Translations under genes and position numbers: made by a program
The notes under the pieces: generated by a model
The model's database searches: none
The model's input: only the letters and a program-made list of their open reading frames with translations
What the model was told of the DNA's origin: nothing
NCBI RefSeq assembly: GCF_964355755.1
Contig: NC_092677.1
Coordinates: 9,880,101-9,944,100, forward strand
Origin: Antedon mediterranea
Lineage: Eukaryota > Animalia > Echinodermata
DNA: 64,000 nucleotides
Direction: 5' to 3'
Part shown: one piece after another, positions 1 to 14,789 of the stretch
How the letters are laid out: the number at the start of each line of letters is the position of its first letter
How positions within the stretch are numbered: the stretch's first letter is position 1

Positions 1-3000
1 ATTTTGAAATGACTTGTGTTGTGTCCTAATTGAAACCCAGCTTTCTGGTTGTTGTCATTATCATTGGTTGATTGTGTCATCTGTAATCATCAGTTTTGGT
101 CACATCATTATCAAAATTATTATCGTCGTCATCTCCATCAGTCATTATTGTCATATATAATGTTGCTTTAAAAAGCCTAGTAAACCATGCCATCTGGTCT
201 CTGTTTGTTCTATTCAATTTCTATTGTTCTTGCTTGTTTAATATTTTCTCATCATATCATGATGATGAGGAACTCGTTGACCATTCTGTAATGCAATTGC
301 AAGAACATCGGCGAAGTAAAGACTGTTTGCTTTTCGGTGAATGATTGACGCAAGATGTTTCAAATCTGTTGTTTGGCAGCAAGCCGGTGTTAACAATTAC
401 TTTTAATCTTGATCAAATAAAACGTAAACGTGAAGATTTGTGACGGGTAGTGTGACGAACATGTCATTAACATCTTACGTGAGGCTGGTAGCGAGAAATT
501 CTGAACAGGTGATTGTCGTTAATTCACAGCCTACTTAGAGGGCTTTTTAATGTAAAGTGATTACTATTTCCACTAAGCATTTGGCACATGCAGCTGTTCA
601 GATTCAACACGATATATGTGCACCAAGTTTTCCGTGCTCTGAAGATTATCATAAATTTTCTTGCTTGTGCAGTAGTACGATGTGTGGAGGTTCTCATGAA
701 TTTGTTAACGACAACTGATGTAGGACATGTTGAGCTTTTGCTGCTTGCTTGCAAAGTTTGTTTCAAAATTCAACATATTTACCATAGACGGTAGAACATA
801 CAGATTTCAATAATACGTCCGCGAACTAATATATCATTCTTGGAACATACTATTCGCTTCATCACGATATTGACAGTTGACTCCAATAATTTGCTAGACT
901 TGATTGGAATTTTTGTGTGGCTTCATAGTTTGTCTCCAGGTTAACAAGACTGATATTTTGTGTGTTTCCAAATTGATTTTTATTTTTGTCTACAATTCTG
1001 TGTGTTTGATTGCGGACATTTTTTACCGGTATGTGATTTTAACTTTGTCTTCAAACTTGCTATTAAGGCATTACTATTATATATAATAGTAAAATTATAA
1101 TTAAAATATTGTGAAATGAAATGAATAATTAGTAAATGTTTTAGATTTGTGCACATCTTTAGAATACGCTGTGCTGAACACGCTTGCAATGCAGGCTTAC
1201 AGATGGGCAAATGTAAGCTGTGATTATGTTATAATTGACCCTCTAGTCAATATACAGTACTGGTATATACTCTATGCTAAAGTATGAATGGCAGCTTTTT
1301 GTGGCAGTATTAGCTTTCCAGGACTAAAATGACCATTATTGGTATTCTGATTTATAAAAAAAAAATCTGTAAGCAAAGTTTTATCATGCATTTTATTTTA
1401 CATTTGACATAAAATTTTCCAGGGTTGCGTCTACAAGAAACGCCATAACATGTGTGCAGCAAACTCTCGTGTCGAGGTCAATTGAATAGTTAATAACAAT
1501 TAGATTAGCACTTTATATATCTGATCATTTTATTAATATCAGTGAGCCAAAAAAAGAAATTAGTCATCATTTAAGGGGAGTCATCATAATCTTATGATTA
1601 ATAACATAGAAATTATATAATTTGATTGATTATGGAGACGTTAAATTGATCGTAGATCACTGTGTGAGACTGATAACGTGTTAAAAATATCAAAATTACA
1701 AAAAAAAAACACGAGGTGAACTCAGAGTAATAAGTCAACACACGGTGGCATCCCAACTCCTTTAGTATTGTAAATGGTACGCTTAAAGTTTAGTACATTT
1801 TGCTTTAGCTGAACCTTTCTCCCTGTCTCTCACCCTGCCTCCAACTATCCCACCCTGCCTCCAACTATCCCTCCCTACCTCTACCATAGAGATATTATCC
1901 CTCCCCAATTGATTATATGTGAAGTCCTCCTGGATTAAGGTTGAAATTAGATAGGTTAAACAATAACAAGTAATTGCTAGCAATGTTGTTTTTTTGTTGA
2001 CGGATACAGCTGTTCAGAAAACACTTGTTTTTTATACCAACTACCACCATCTGATATATTATTATCCACCATTGAAAAATATCTAATTACTTATGACTTG
2101 ACATATGTTATCTGACATAAGAACAGTCCCATAGTGTTTTTGTTTAATGATCATTTTCTCTCAATACACCTGACTCGATCGCACTTGTTTCGTGTTGAAC
2201 GTCTCTTTCATAATTTATGCGGCTGCACAGGTCTGACTAATTATTGTTTAACATATGTTTTCTGACAATATGATGTGAGTTTATGTTTTGCAGATCGCAA
2301 ATTAAGTCTGAGAATATCTGTGTAATCTATCGTGCCGTCTTTTCATATGAAAAGTATGGCGATGTTGGCTGGTTGCTCTGTATATATTAAAATAGTTCTA
2401 CAACAAATTCTCAAATGTTTTTGAGAATTTTACATTAGCATATTGCATAATACTATATTTTTATGATATTGCTAGATTATACATTGTATTTAAATGAATC
2501 TTTCGAAATAATTAATTCATTCATGGACCAAAATTACTTGCGAATTCATGTTCTCAATATGTACATGGTGTCAAGTAAAAATTACGCAAACATCTTATCA
2601 ATAAATAATTTGTAAAAACTGATACATGGCCCCAAAATTGTGTGTGGGAGTGATCATATGGTATTATTAATAATTCAATTTACTTTATAACAAATGTGTT
2701 TATTTATGTTCTGCTATCTACTTCCTTATTTAATAGGTTAATTAGTTGTTTCCTTGTTTATTCATCTTAAACCCAGCTGCAAGGTAAAAACTTGTAAATT
2801 AATTTAGAAAAATAAAAATACTTTGTATGTACTCCATGGTAGAGTGTTACAGTTCCAAAGGTTACATACATATTATTATTATATTATATTCCATATAAAT
2901 ACTTAAAATATTATTTGACGCATTTTAGATATTACAAAAAAAATATATTAAAATTCATTGTAAAAAAGATGCACTGTAACAAATCAAAATATATTGTATA

Positions 3001-3368
3001 AAACCTTTGCATTTATTTCCTCATACCATAACACAAGCATTACTGATTTGATATAATTATTAGATATTTCTACACTTGGATTTAAATAGCATTAAATTAT
3101 AATTTGAGACATCCTCCCATATAAAAAAATACCTCGCCTTTTTGAATATGCAAGAAATTAGCTCCCTCGTCAGGTGACATAGGAACAGCTTGTGCTGTGA
3201 TCTGAACACTGGTTTATTTCAAGAGCAATGATAGTAATTTGGTCTAGTAATCTGTACCACATGTGTTTCTCATTTCTGTGGTATTTATTCTCAGAGTGAA
3301 AGGTGACTGGAGGCTTGTAAATCGAGTTGATATTTGTCAGATTGCAAGGAAAAGCCCTCCACAGCTTA

Positions 3369-3386
3369 GACCAATCACAGCGCGCA
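3369..3386 (+). promoter_or_regulatory. CCAAT (NF-Y) box, candidate promoter element upstream of exon 1a
   Basis: GACCAATCACAGCGCGC in a locally GC-richer patch (~3300-3580) surrounded by very AT-rich DNA. Confidence 0.3.
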
Positions 3387-6311
3387 AATGACTTTTCGCA
3401 GGAAGGGACAGTTTATCTTGTGATGAGTGTAGCCAGCTGTGATATTCAGTTGGAATGTTGTCTGCTCAAATGCATGCAGTGTAGTTTATGTGTTTAAACC
3501 AATTCTGCCAAATAAACCTCGGCCACTTGACCATCTCGCAGCACTTTCTGTTCTCGCGTGAGATCTACCGTGGACCATTTATTGGAATATTATTGCTTGG
3601 ATTTTTATGTTTGATTTGTACACCTTTTGGATTGTTATTGCGGTTTGAATTTGTTGGTGTTTAGCTACTTCCTTTGCTGTTCTTTGAGTGGATTTTATGT
3701 ACGTGAATTTAGTACAGTACAAACTGTGGTATTGTCTTGTATCTGTTTATCTATTATGTTGGACTATAATATTAGCATTAACATAGAATATCTGTTTTTA
3801 TATACAGTATATATTTATTTTTTATGTAATGTCACTATTAAATTTAAAGGTTTTAAATGTTTAAATTTATTTCATACTTTTGTTTCATCCGTTTAGCTTT
3901 AACATTTTCTTTTGGACTAACTTTACACATGGAATAGGACTTTTATTAAAATTATAGTACTGTGAATTCCTATCTGAATTTCGTTTTCAAATTCTTAAAT
4001 AATAATCACCACTCATAATCATGAGTGAATGTGTCTTAATAATATTATATAGTTATTTTATTAACTATGTTATGTATTTATAGTTTTTTCAATTTTTTAT
4101 GAAGTGTACTATGTTATGTTATGTGTTTCTAAAAATATATCGGTTGCCATAATATTTTTTTTTCTACTGCGTTGATTTATAAACCATATTTTCTGATGTA
4201 AACGATAATAAAAAATAAGCAATTTGTTATCGTGAAATGTTGAAATTCCTGTACCAATGTTTAGACTTGTGTCCTTCATAATATTTACAGTTTTGTTAAC
4301 CTATGTCAAATATGGTGTAATTCGCAGTTCCAGTATCGCTTTATATAAACAATATGCCACTGCCTACAATATTAAATAGATTGTTTAGTTTAAGATATTT
4401 GTCTAGGAGCATAGAACTTTGAACATGTTTTTAATTTTATAAGGTTCAATCGACTGATCTTCCTGCTCGCTGTTTCTATCCATGCAGTGCCGCAGTTTGA
4501 TAGATCTTTTGCAAACAGTTTTAAACAAATCAATCCAATTCTAACAAACAATTTTTATTCATGTTCATACTCCTGTGTATGTAGTACCCATTATCACCCC
4601 TTTACTTAAATATTAAACATTTAATTTTATTATATTATATTACTGATGCTTCATATCTCACTTATTATTTTGTAACCATGTTAAAGGGCTAACTGAGACA
4701 AGTCCTAGGTTGGTCCTCTGAACTGTTTATGCTCTGACTGTCTAATAAATAGTTGTATGGCATTCGATGAATTGAAAGTGCTCAGTGCAAATAGACAAAA
4801 CTGTATTATTGCCAATAATAACCTCCCTTTCCTACGTTCCTCCTAACTGACGCTGCCTTCCATCCTCTCTTTTCAATCTTCGATTTTCTTCATTTTGTTT
4901 GCAAACTTTTCTAAAAGAGCAAGCATACCGTTCTGATTTCAGACATTTTTTATTTACACTGAACAGCTGGTGAACTGCCTGTTTTAAAGCCATCAGATAC
5001 AGTTACCTTATTTCTGCCAAAATGAAATATATGATGCATAAATCATTCTGCCGACTTCCAACCAAACATGAATTGCCTAGTGACGATGTGATTAAGATAA
5101 TGAATTTGTTTCTTTTAAAGCACTTGTGAATATTTAACCACTGCTACTCGCAATGTCAAAAATATTTATGTTCTGTGATTTACGTTTTTGTTGCGCATAT
5201 GTAAGGATTTACTGTCCCATGTTAAGACATTCTTAATACATAGTTAATACCCCACTGCATGTTATAATTATGGTGGATAAACTTAATACACGTTTTACCA
5301 TGTAAATCCACGAATAGAATGTTTTCGTTTATAATTATCAATCGTGTGTTTCAGTATATATAATAGGCCTTGTTAATAGTGTAATTATTATTATCACTTT
5401 TTGTTTGACATTTGTTACAATAGTTACCGTCAATGAAATTTACGATGTAATCTTTTCATGACATCATTAACATTGTTTCATCTTACACTTTTTACTACAA
5501 AAACTACACATACAGTACCTGGAATGGATGTACTTTTGCAATCCAATCAATCTCCTGATCTGGGGAAACAAGTGTTAAATTTAGTATTTTAAAAGGTGAA
5601 CACCGTTTTTAATAGCTACCTTCCTTTTTGCAGAATATCAAGATAAAGCATGTATTGCACCCTGTTGTATTCTGTGTTTCTGTTCTGCTAGTATTTGCCC
5701 ATTTTGCAATTGTGACTGATATAACCTTCTATTGTACACATAGACCAGTAAAAGTAGATCCAAGAAAGGAGATCCAAGCAAAATGACAGAAAAATTGAAA
5801 ATGTTCTGGGTAGATAATGCTAAGTCATGTGACTTTGGCCACGTCATGTGACAATGTTTGATGAATCAGTTTTCTATGTTGTGCTTAAAACACCTGTTAT
5901 TCTAATATTTTTTAATTTAATGCTTTTTTTCTTGTTTTAGATTTAGATTTGGGAAAATACCGTTTGTTCTTGGAATTTCTAATTGATGTCTGTGGATATA
6001 AAGTGTAAGGAGAAATAAAACTGGCTATGCTTTGATGTTCAACATATATGTTTGTATACATATTCTGTTTGAAGGAATTTTCTTGTTAGAAGAAGAAATA
6101 GTCAAGCAGAAATTTTTCTAGGCTAGCTTTTGTCAGCTGCTTGAACTGTTGGTTAACTGTGGTGTTACCAGGTGTAGACCGGTAGCGTGTTTATGCTTAC
6201 AGTTGGACGCCTGTAGTAGGCATTTCTTCAAATTGTCTTGGCGATCGTGTTAAGTATTTCTTGGATCATAAATAAATAAACAAACGTGTTCACGCAAGAC
6301 ATTTTGCAAAC

Positions 6312-6561
6312 ATGCGAAAGAACAGTGGAAGTCCTAATCAAAGTTTAAACAGAGTTGATGTTAAAAAAGAACAAGATGTTGATGCGCAGTGTACTCAAAT
6401 TCCTAGCTCGATTCCCGGGCCTGTAATGCCAGCCACGGTAAAATCGGAACAGAAAACAATATCTTTGTCAAAATTAATGCACGCAAGAGCACAGAAAAAT
6501 AACGATTATTATCACGGAACTGGAGTGTTTAGTTTTGAATTTCATCGCCAACCAAATACAA
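6312..6561 (+). CDS. RUNX1T1: ETO/MTG8/nervy-family co-repressor, putative first coding exon (1a), 83 codons + 1 nt
   Basis: ATG at 6312 opens MRKNSGSP...HRQPNT and ends at consensus donor A|GTAAGT (6561/6562) in phase 1, matching the phase-1 acceptor at 41028. A possible upstream acceptor TTTTCTTGTTTTAG ends at 5940. The peptide has no recognisable homology, so the link rests on phase and splice-site quality. Confidence 0.65.
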
Positions 6562-9500
6562 GTAAGTGATTTTGAATTTTTTACCTCTGTTTTTTTAAGT
6601 GAAATCTTTGACTGAGTTTTCTGAATATTCTCTTATACTCTCTTTCTTAAAAAGCTTTCAAAAATAATCAGTACAGGATTTTGATAATATTTACAGACTT
6701 TTTCAAGATTTTTAAATATTAGACATTTCATGATTTTAATGGAAAATGTACAAAAGGTTTTTTTTTCAAGACATCACATCACAAATCATGAGATAAATTG
6801 ACAATATCGTATTTAAATTTGATTTATTCATTCAAATATAAAATAACTTTAACAAAAACTGGGTTTTTTGGTCTTTGTGAATATTTTTAAACTGATCCAT
6901 TATTTCTGGCTGCATATTTTACCCTATAGTATGTTTATTTCAATGTCTCTCCATATAAATACAAAAATTGAATTAAATACCTTTTTTAAACATTTGCACA
7001 AATATTTTTTTTGTTTTTTATTGGTAAATGTTGTTGAATATATGTGATTGTGTATTGAGTCCTTGTGTGAAATTGACCCCCTGCTGTGTTTATTCTGTGT
7101 CACCTGTAAAATAAAGTTTAATAGCAATAATATTTTATAGACTATGGACCTAAAAAAAATCAAGGTTTCGGTCTTGTTTTTCATTTTCAAAGATAAATGT
7201 GTTTGTTTTTTAATTGCAATCTGATCTACCTTGTCCAACTTAGTTACATTTTCGAGGATATCATATCATCTTTAATTTAGATGTCGTTTACATGAAGTTA
7301 TACCTACAGTAGATTTAAATAGATTTAAAATGTTAAAAAGAACCTGGATGGATTTTACACTTGTAAATCATAAATGTAGGCGTGTTTTTATAAACAAGTT
7401 CAGAATGTTGTTTAATACATGTTAGTGATGTGGCATTGTAGGTGACATATGGCAACACACAATACTTGATTGTCTTTTGCATTCTTCACTCCCACATCAA
7501 TAGCCTACCATCTGCTCCAGTTTCTCAGCCATTTCAATCGAAGGTCTCTGTGAATGAAACGACACTTAAATTGTATTAATATTTTATGAATTGAATAAAA
7601 ATTATTGCGTCGACATTAAATTGATAAAAATTGAATGGATTCTCGATTAAAATGACAAAATGGCACTAAAAAATTATGAATAATGAAATAATTTTGTTAA
7701 AAATTACTGTTTTGTTACAACTAAATATGTAGAAATGGAAAACATTCCCATCATTCATATAGAGTTCTTCGATTTCATTTCTAACATCATATCATGAAGC
7801 CTGCAGTATGTACAGTTATAAGTATCTGAAAATGTACATTATGATACTGTGTTGGCAATTATTAAATGAAATTTGAACTCAAAGTTGTTAATTAGCTTTT
7901 AGTAGTATGATAGTGTTTTATAATTTGTTTCTAATAAATAATAACTTGGGAGAGAAATTAATTATTTTAAGAATTGAATAATCGTTTTTGAATCAATAAA
8001 ATTCTATAATTTGACAATTTTTTTTAAAAATAAAATTTGAGAAAATCTAAAGTAAACACTTTGTTAGAATATAAAATATTACATGATAGAATTAAAGTAT
8101 TATTGAAAGGATCAGCTGTGCCTCTGGAAGCCATCTTCTAATTTGAAATTACTGATAGATCTAAAGACACTTTTCAATCTAATGAACTCTGATTGACCTC
8201 AACTTCTAGTCTGCTAACTCCTGCTGGGATTTATAGTACACCACTTCTGATTGGTCAGTGTCAGATAGTTTCTCTGCACTGCCTTGGAATGTTAAATGTT
8301 TATTCAGATGGCAAATAGATTGATGGAGTCAACTTTTAAACAGGTGCTTTGGTTGGATGAATGACAGGGGATGGTTATCAAGGTACCTAGGAGGTTTGTG
8401 GGGAAGGCTAAAGGCATCTTTACTCCATCAAAGAAGTCGTTTTATTGTTTTTCTTCTTTGAAATTGAAGCCAAAGTAGCAGCTGGCTTTAATATCTTCAG
8501 TCATGAACATCAATTTCATATTTCAGCTATAAATAAGAAAATATGGTTGTTTTGTGTTAAATGTTGTTGAGCTATATTATTACAATTCTTTTAAATAACA
8601 AATTAAAGTTGAAATTTAGTACAATACTAGAAAAATTATCAGAAAGAAAAATCTTGCTGTTAGAAATACTGTAAGTTAAAAAACACGGCATAATCAATGT
8701 AGACACATTAATTATGTACATACGAATAAAACAATAAAACATTTTTGTAAACTAAATCTGGGAATAAGTATTTTAAAGCCAATGAGAAAGTTACAGATGA
8801 AAATCCAACAACACCAAGTATTGATTATCAAAAGAACAAATATATATTATATTGTTATTCATTTCATATTTAGTTTTCCGAGTGTGTTGTATAACTATTA
8901 CTTAATAATAATATTATAAAAGTAATCAAAAAATAAGTTTTTAGTTTTTGTTTTTCAATCATTAATAAAATCTTTATTTTCTGAAGCTTTAAACAGAACA
9001 ATAACATCTTTAAAATAGTTTACATGTTGATGTGTTATTTGAGTGTGATGTAATTGGTGATAATATTTTGCATGTGTTTGTAATTTGCTTGTGAGCCAAT
9101 TGGTAATGCATTAAAAAACATCTGAATATATGCCAATAACTGTGCCACAGATGGGGAAATTTCTGAACTATAGAGGGGGCTATAATAGTTGTTAAATAAA
9201 ACTAGACGGAGTGAATAATACATTATTTATTACTAATTTTTCAAATTAATACACCTTTTAATAATTTTCAAAGTGCTAAATAATAAAATATAACTATTTT
9301 AGCAACTATTTCAATAAACATTTGTTTTGAAGTAGAAAAGATGTTGATACCTTTATGAAAATGTTAATATTTCTTTCTGAAAGCACAAGCTACAAATTTT
9401 TCATTCATTGAAATTATTTAATTTATTTAATTGTAAATTGATTAATTTTAAATTTCTACTAAATAATTAATTTGATATAAAAGTTGATTGAAACTAGTTA

Positions 9501-11251
9501 AATTAATTTTCATAATTACCTCTAAATTACAAAAGTAGCTTACAGATACTCATTGAAATTAAGAGAATATCATTAATTCAAGCTCATTGATTGGTCAAAT
9601 AATATGTACCTCTGTGCATTGAAGCATGAACAATCAATGAGTAAAATGTAAATGAAGCTAGGTTATTGATATTATGGTAGGTCTATCCCCATATGGTAGC
9701 ATATAGTTAGATAGGCAGATGGTGTTATTCTTATGAGAACTGTTACCACCTGGCAAGTTTAAACAGACTAGGACCATCCCAGTGTGTTGGTGTCGTGTAA
9801 CAAGTTAAAATTAATTAATATACAATTGGTTATATATAAATATATAGAACATACTGCACTGTACATTTGTGCTACTAATTTTGATAACTTTTTCCAGGCT
9901 AAATCTCTCTCTCAAGATATGTTTTTGTTTTGTTTTTTTATGTAGATGTTACAAATTAGTTTTTTCCTGAAAATGTCATTCTTTTTACTACTTTTTTACA
10001 TAAAAATTTCAGAATCTGCTCTTTTTATTTATGTCGTTAATTTACCATGATCATTTTTATGTGTCAACAACTCAAATTTTATCTATACAGTACCTCAATA
10101 TTTGAAAACGTGATAATACAGTTTATCATAAAATAGATTGTTTAAAAATTAATTAGAAATACTCATTATTATATCTCTTTATGTCTTGCCATATTTGGGC
10201 GTATTTCCCACACTAAAACTGCCATTCGTAGTTCGTAGTAGACATTATTTATTAAGCCTACTAGATTGTGTAATTGTTCAATACAATGATCATTAATTTT
10301 GTTATATCGTTTGTCAGTTGAATACAACTGCAATGATGTCATGTGACACTTGTTTATTGTTGTGTGGCGGCCATCAATGCAATGTGTGTGTTTTATTGAA
10401 TTGTTTGTTGTTCTTAATAGTATTTCATCTGTTGTGTACAGATATAGAATTTCTAGATAATATCATACACAGCTGTTAAGGTTTACATGTTGGTTAGCAC
10501 GAAAGGAACAAATTCTATAGCTTGTGAATATGGAAGGAAAAACTTATGGTGATAATGAAAATGAGATTTTGGTAATTTTCATCCTTTTCATCATTTTCAT
10601 AAATGATGGGAGATGAAACATACAAAATGGAAAAATATTTGAAAAAAGCTTTTGTGAATTTAATTTTGATAAATGAATACTGAGTATTTATTTGCAATGT
10701 ACAGTACCAATTTTTAAATTATAAATCGCAGATACAAACCAATTTAAATTTGCAAGCAGCCTGAAACCATTCCATACCTGTCAGTATACACTGGAAATGC
10801 CATTAGCAGTTTGTTGAAATCACCAAACTAAGAATAGGCTGGACATTACCATTATATTTCGGACGAGTGTCCCATAAGGCTGGAAATTACAAGATGCTAA
10901 TTGCTGCCCGAAATAACAGGCTAGCCTACCACTGTAGATCAGTTTCTGATACCCCGAAAGTAGTCTTTTTTTGTTCCCTCTGCTACTAATAATACAAATT
11001 CATTTTTAACGATCACACACAGAGTGTGTTAACCTTTACTGTAATGCATATTTTTTTATACTGTATCGTTACTTTTTACAGCATGGAGGAATTAACTTGA
11101 GAAAAGTTAAGGGTTCTGAAGCTACAGTATAGAAACACTGTAGAGGGTACTAGTAGGGTTTAGAGCAGGGAAGAGTGAGGTGGTAGGTAATTTAGATTTA
11201 GATGAATGATAATGGAGAAATTCAAGGAGGTAAAAAACTTTAAAGAGAAGT

Positions 11252-11725
11252 AACTTTATAAGTGAGCAAACTTTTATAAGTAAACATATTTTTTTAAGTG
11301 AACACACTTTTATAAGTGAACAAACTTTTATAAGTGAACAAACTTTTATAAGTCACGAACACACTTTTATAAGTCACGAACACACTTTTTATAAGTGAAC
11401 AAACTTTTATAATTAAACACTTTTTATAAGTGAACAAACTTTTATAAGTGAACAAACTTTTATAAGTCACGAACACACTTTTTATAAGTGAACAAACTTT
11501 TATAAGTCACGAACACACTTTTTATAAGTGAACAAACTTTTATAATTAAACACTTTTTATAAGTGAACAAACTTTTATAAGTGAACAAACTTTTATAAGT
11601 CACGAACACACTTTTTATAAGTGAACAAACTTTTATAAGTGAACAAACTTTTATAAGTGAACAAACTTTTATACAGTAATTAAACATATTTTATAAGTGA
11701 ACAAACTTTTATAAGTGTAAAACTT
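11252..11725. repeat. minisatellite with 18-bp core AAACTTTTATAAGTGAAC and longer variant units
   Basis: Directly visible tandem units, variants AAGTCACGAACACACTTTTTAT and AATTAAACACTTTTTAT. Confidence 0.93.
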
Positions 11726-11887
11726 TAGGATGATTATCATATGAGTCTATTGTGAATAAATGTTTGTTGCATTATAATAAACGTTAACAGCAATGATATG
11801 ATTATGAGTTCTGACCTGTAATACATATTTTTACAATCAAAACTGGATGTAAGAAAATTAACATACAATTGTTGGGACAAATATTGT

Positions 11888-12007
11888 CCTCTTCCTTGCC
11901 AAATTACTTGAAGAATTTGTTACCTTTAGCTAGAAAATATCCCCTTGCCCTCTTCCTTGCCAAATTACTTGAAGAATTTTTTAACTTTAGCTAGAAAATA
12001 TCCCCTT
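11888..12007. repeat. 61-bp tandem duplication
   Basis: CCTCTTCCTTGCCAAATTACTTGAAGAATT...AGCTAGAAAATATCCCCTT twice, two substitutions. Confidence 0.9.
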
Positions 12008-12602
12008 TTTGTGAGCCTAAACCACCTAAAATTATATTATATTGTATGTTGTTTATTTTGTTGATTGATTGTGAAAAACGTGTGCAGTACGTCCCTTGTG
12101 ATCCCATGGCTGTCATCGGCATTGTTGTTCTTGCACGCATCACACTTTTATATCCACAATTAATATTAATTATTAATAAATAGCTATTGATGTATCAAAA
12201 TAAATTGTATGACTGGTGACACCATGGTTAATGTATAAAATGAATACAATTGTTTTTGCACTACATTTATTTTATGTGCAGGCCATTCAAACTTGATTGT
12301 GCTGTGAATCATGAATTTAACAGTCTGGTTTTTTAACAAAGAAGAACGCATACTAAAAATTCCGGACTAGAGGCCACACAATGGCCACACAACACTATGT
12401 AAGCCCCTCCTGAAAATAGTGTTGTTATGAATAAATTAGCAGTATCCACTAATTCAGTAAAGTATATATTTATATCTTAATTTGCAGATTAGTACTTATA
12501 CTAGTATGAAGCATATAGAATATGAATATAAGTAATTGGGTAACCCTAAATCTTGGTTCCTACTTAGTTGTACTGTAATGCAATGACAATCATAGGTGCA
12601 AT

Positions 12603-13906
12603 CAGTGGTGGCGCCAGCGGGGGGGCTACGGAGGCTCTAGCCCCTTCGTCGGGGAGCCTAGCCCCCCCGTCGGGGAACACGGGTACTTTTTGTCGGGGAA
12701 TATAATATACAGTAAAAAGCGTTCGCGTTCACTTCGTAGCTAGCTTCAGCGCCTAGAAAACCGCGACGTTTCATTGACTGTGAGAGTAGGCCTACGTCAG
12801 AGTGATATTATGCACTTTATATGCATTCATTATTGCCAGCGATCTAACTTACTACTAAACAATAGCTAGGTTCGCACTTGTCTGGCGGTATCCCTTTGTA
12901 CGAATCGTTCAACGTTGGGTCGAGACGCGTGATATCATGTTCCATCCACGGACCAAAATGTGTACTGTAGTTATTTTCCAGGCGAAGTTTACCGACGGTT
13001 ACGTCGTGTACTGCGTCGACGTACGCTACACTACAGCAAAAACGAATTATGTTAATTGTTCGTATGTTCACCAATTTTTTAATTTACAAGTAACCTTCTG
13101 TAGGCTACCGTGGGGCACCTAAAATAAATTTTTCATCCATTACTAAACAAAAAAACATGCCATTTTCGCTAATAGCCAACATCTTATTATAGCTAAGTTA
13201 TTACATTTTCAATATCCTGTATGTCATGAATTTCTCACCACTCAAAAGTCCAGATGGTACGCACGCATACACTTGGGAGGAATAAACTTATTTCCCCGAC
13301 TGAAAAAGGTCTATGCTTGCGTTTTTTAAGCCTCTAGGCCTGATGTTTCAAAAGTATAAAATGCAATTTTTTGAAGACCTGCAGCTCTAGTTTTAAACAT
13401 TTTCTTAGCTCAGCCCCAACAATAAAGCTGGTCATATTTCGAAGAACAAGAAGTGCATTTTCCGGGACCTAACATATCTATTTTTCAAACATTTCTTAGC
13501 TCAGTCACAACCATGATAGGGACTTATATATTTTGTTTCATGTTTTGAAGTATAATAAGTCCAATTTCCGGGACCTCCATCTCTATTTTTCTAAATTTTC
13601 TTTGAACTTTTTATTTTTTAAATTGAAAAATGTGGATTGAAACAGTCATCGCGCATCGTTTTTTTGCACGCAGTATTTTATTTATGCATTATAAAAAATG
13701 GAAAAAATGGCTACCCTAAATCTGATTAAAATGACCTCAAATGACGCTAGAACGCGTTGCTTCCGGGGGCTTCGCCCCCTGGTCCCCCCACAGGGGGCCC
13801 TTGGCGGCCCCCTGGCCCCCAGCCTGGTGATGCTCGCTTCGCTCGCATAACCCCCCTCCTCGGGGAATGTAGCCCCCGCGTCGGGAAGATCCTGGCGCCA
13901 CCCCTG
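12603..13906. mobile_element. non-autonomous hAT-type DNA transposon (1304 bp)
   Basis: TIRs CAGTGGTGGCGCCAG / CTGGCGCCACCCCTG; perfect 8-bp TSD GGTGCAAT (12595-12602, 13907-13914); subterminal (C)GTCGGGGA repeats; no transposase ORF. Confidence 0.9.
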
Positions 13907-14789
13907 GGTGCAATGCAAGTCAGTTGACCAATAAAAAGCAAGAGTTTGGGTGATTCATAACTTCATGATTGGTCAAATTACTTTCGGACATTACCAGATG
14001 GTAATTGCTGCCTGAGCTAACATGCTAGCCTACCACAGTTTCTGATACCCCAAAGTAGTCTTGTTTGTTGTTGTTTTACCTCCTTGTATTGCGTCCAAGT
14101 AGGAACAACGCTTTAAAATTCAACTTGTACATGGTTTTCTTCAAGCTTATTAAATTCCAATTTATTTATTCGATCAATATGCATGTAAAATTGAATTTCC
14201 TTTTCACGCAATATAACATTTGTTAACAAATATTTGACACTATAAATTTTGCTCCCACAATTATTTTCTTTAATAAATTATTGAAATTATGTTGGGAAAG
14301 CTGACATATGTTGAAATATCTATGAATAATTTGCATCTGTAATAAAATAATGTCATGCTATAAAACTAAAGCCTCTTATTTTTGCATACCCTCAATTTTT
14401 ACAACTTAATAATTCGCTAACAATTGTATACATATTTTTTTATTGGATATTTTATATATATATATATTATATTAAATTATAGAGGGCAGCATTACTATAT
14501 TTTATTTTATGTGTACCATATTATTATTAAAGTTAAATATTGAAATTGTTTAAATTGTTTATGTTAATTTTTAATAAGCTTAAATTTAATTTTGTAAAAA
14601 TATTAAAGTAATAAGATAAAAATAATATTAATTCAAAGATTTCAGCGCAATTTTTTTGTGAAATTATTAGAAATTCAACAATGATAATAATACAGGGAAG
14701 GTGCCAAGCATTAATGGGTGGTTAAAAGAAGTTTTTACCTTTAGACTATGAACCTGTTAAGATTTGTGAGTCCCTCTTTGAACATCTTG

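Noticed and set aside
940-1028. Possible non-coding 5' UTR exon (TCTCCAG| ... CCG|GTATGT) of the ETO gene
   Set aside because: Splice-like motifs only; needs transcript data.
11294-11687. ORFs with FTYKSL / IKVCSL repeats
   Set aside because: Translations of the 18-bp minisatellite.
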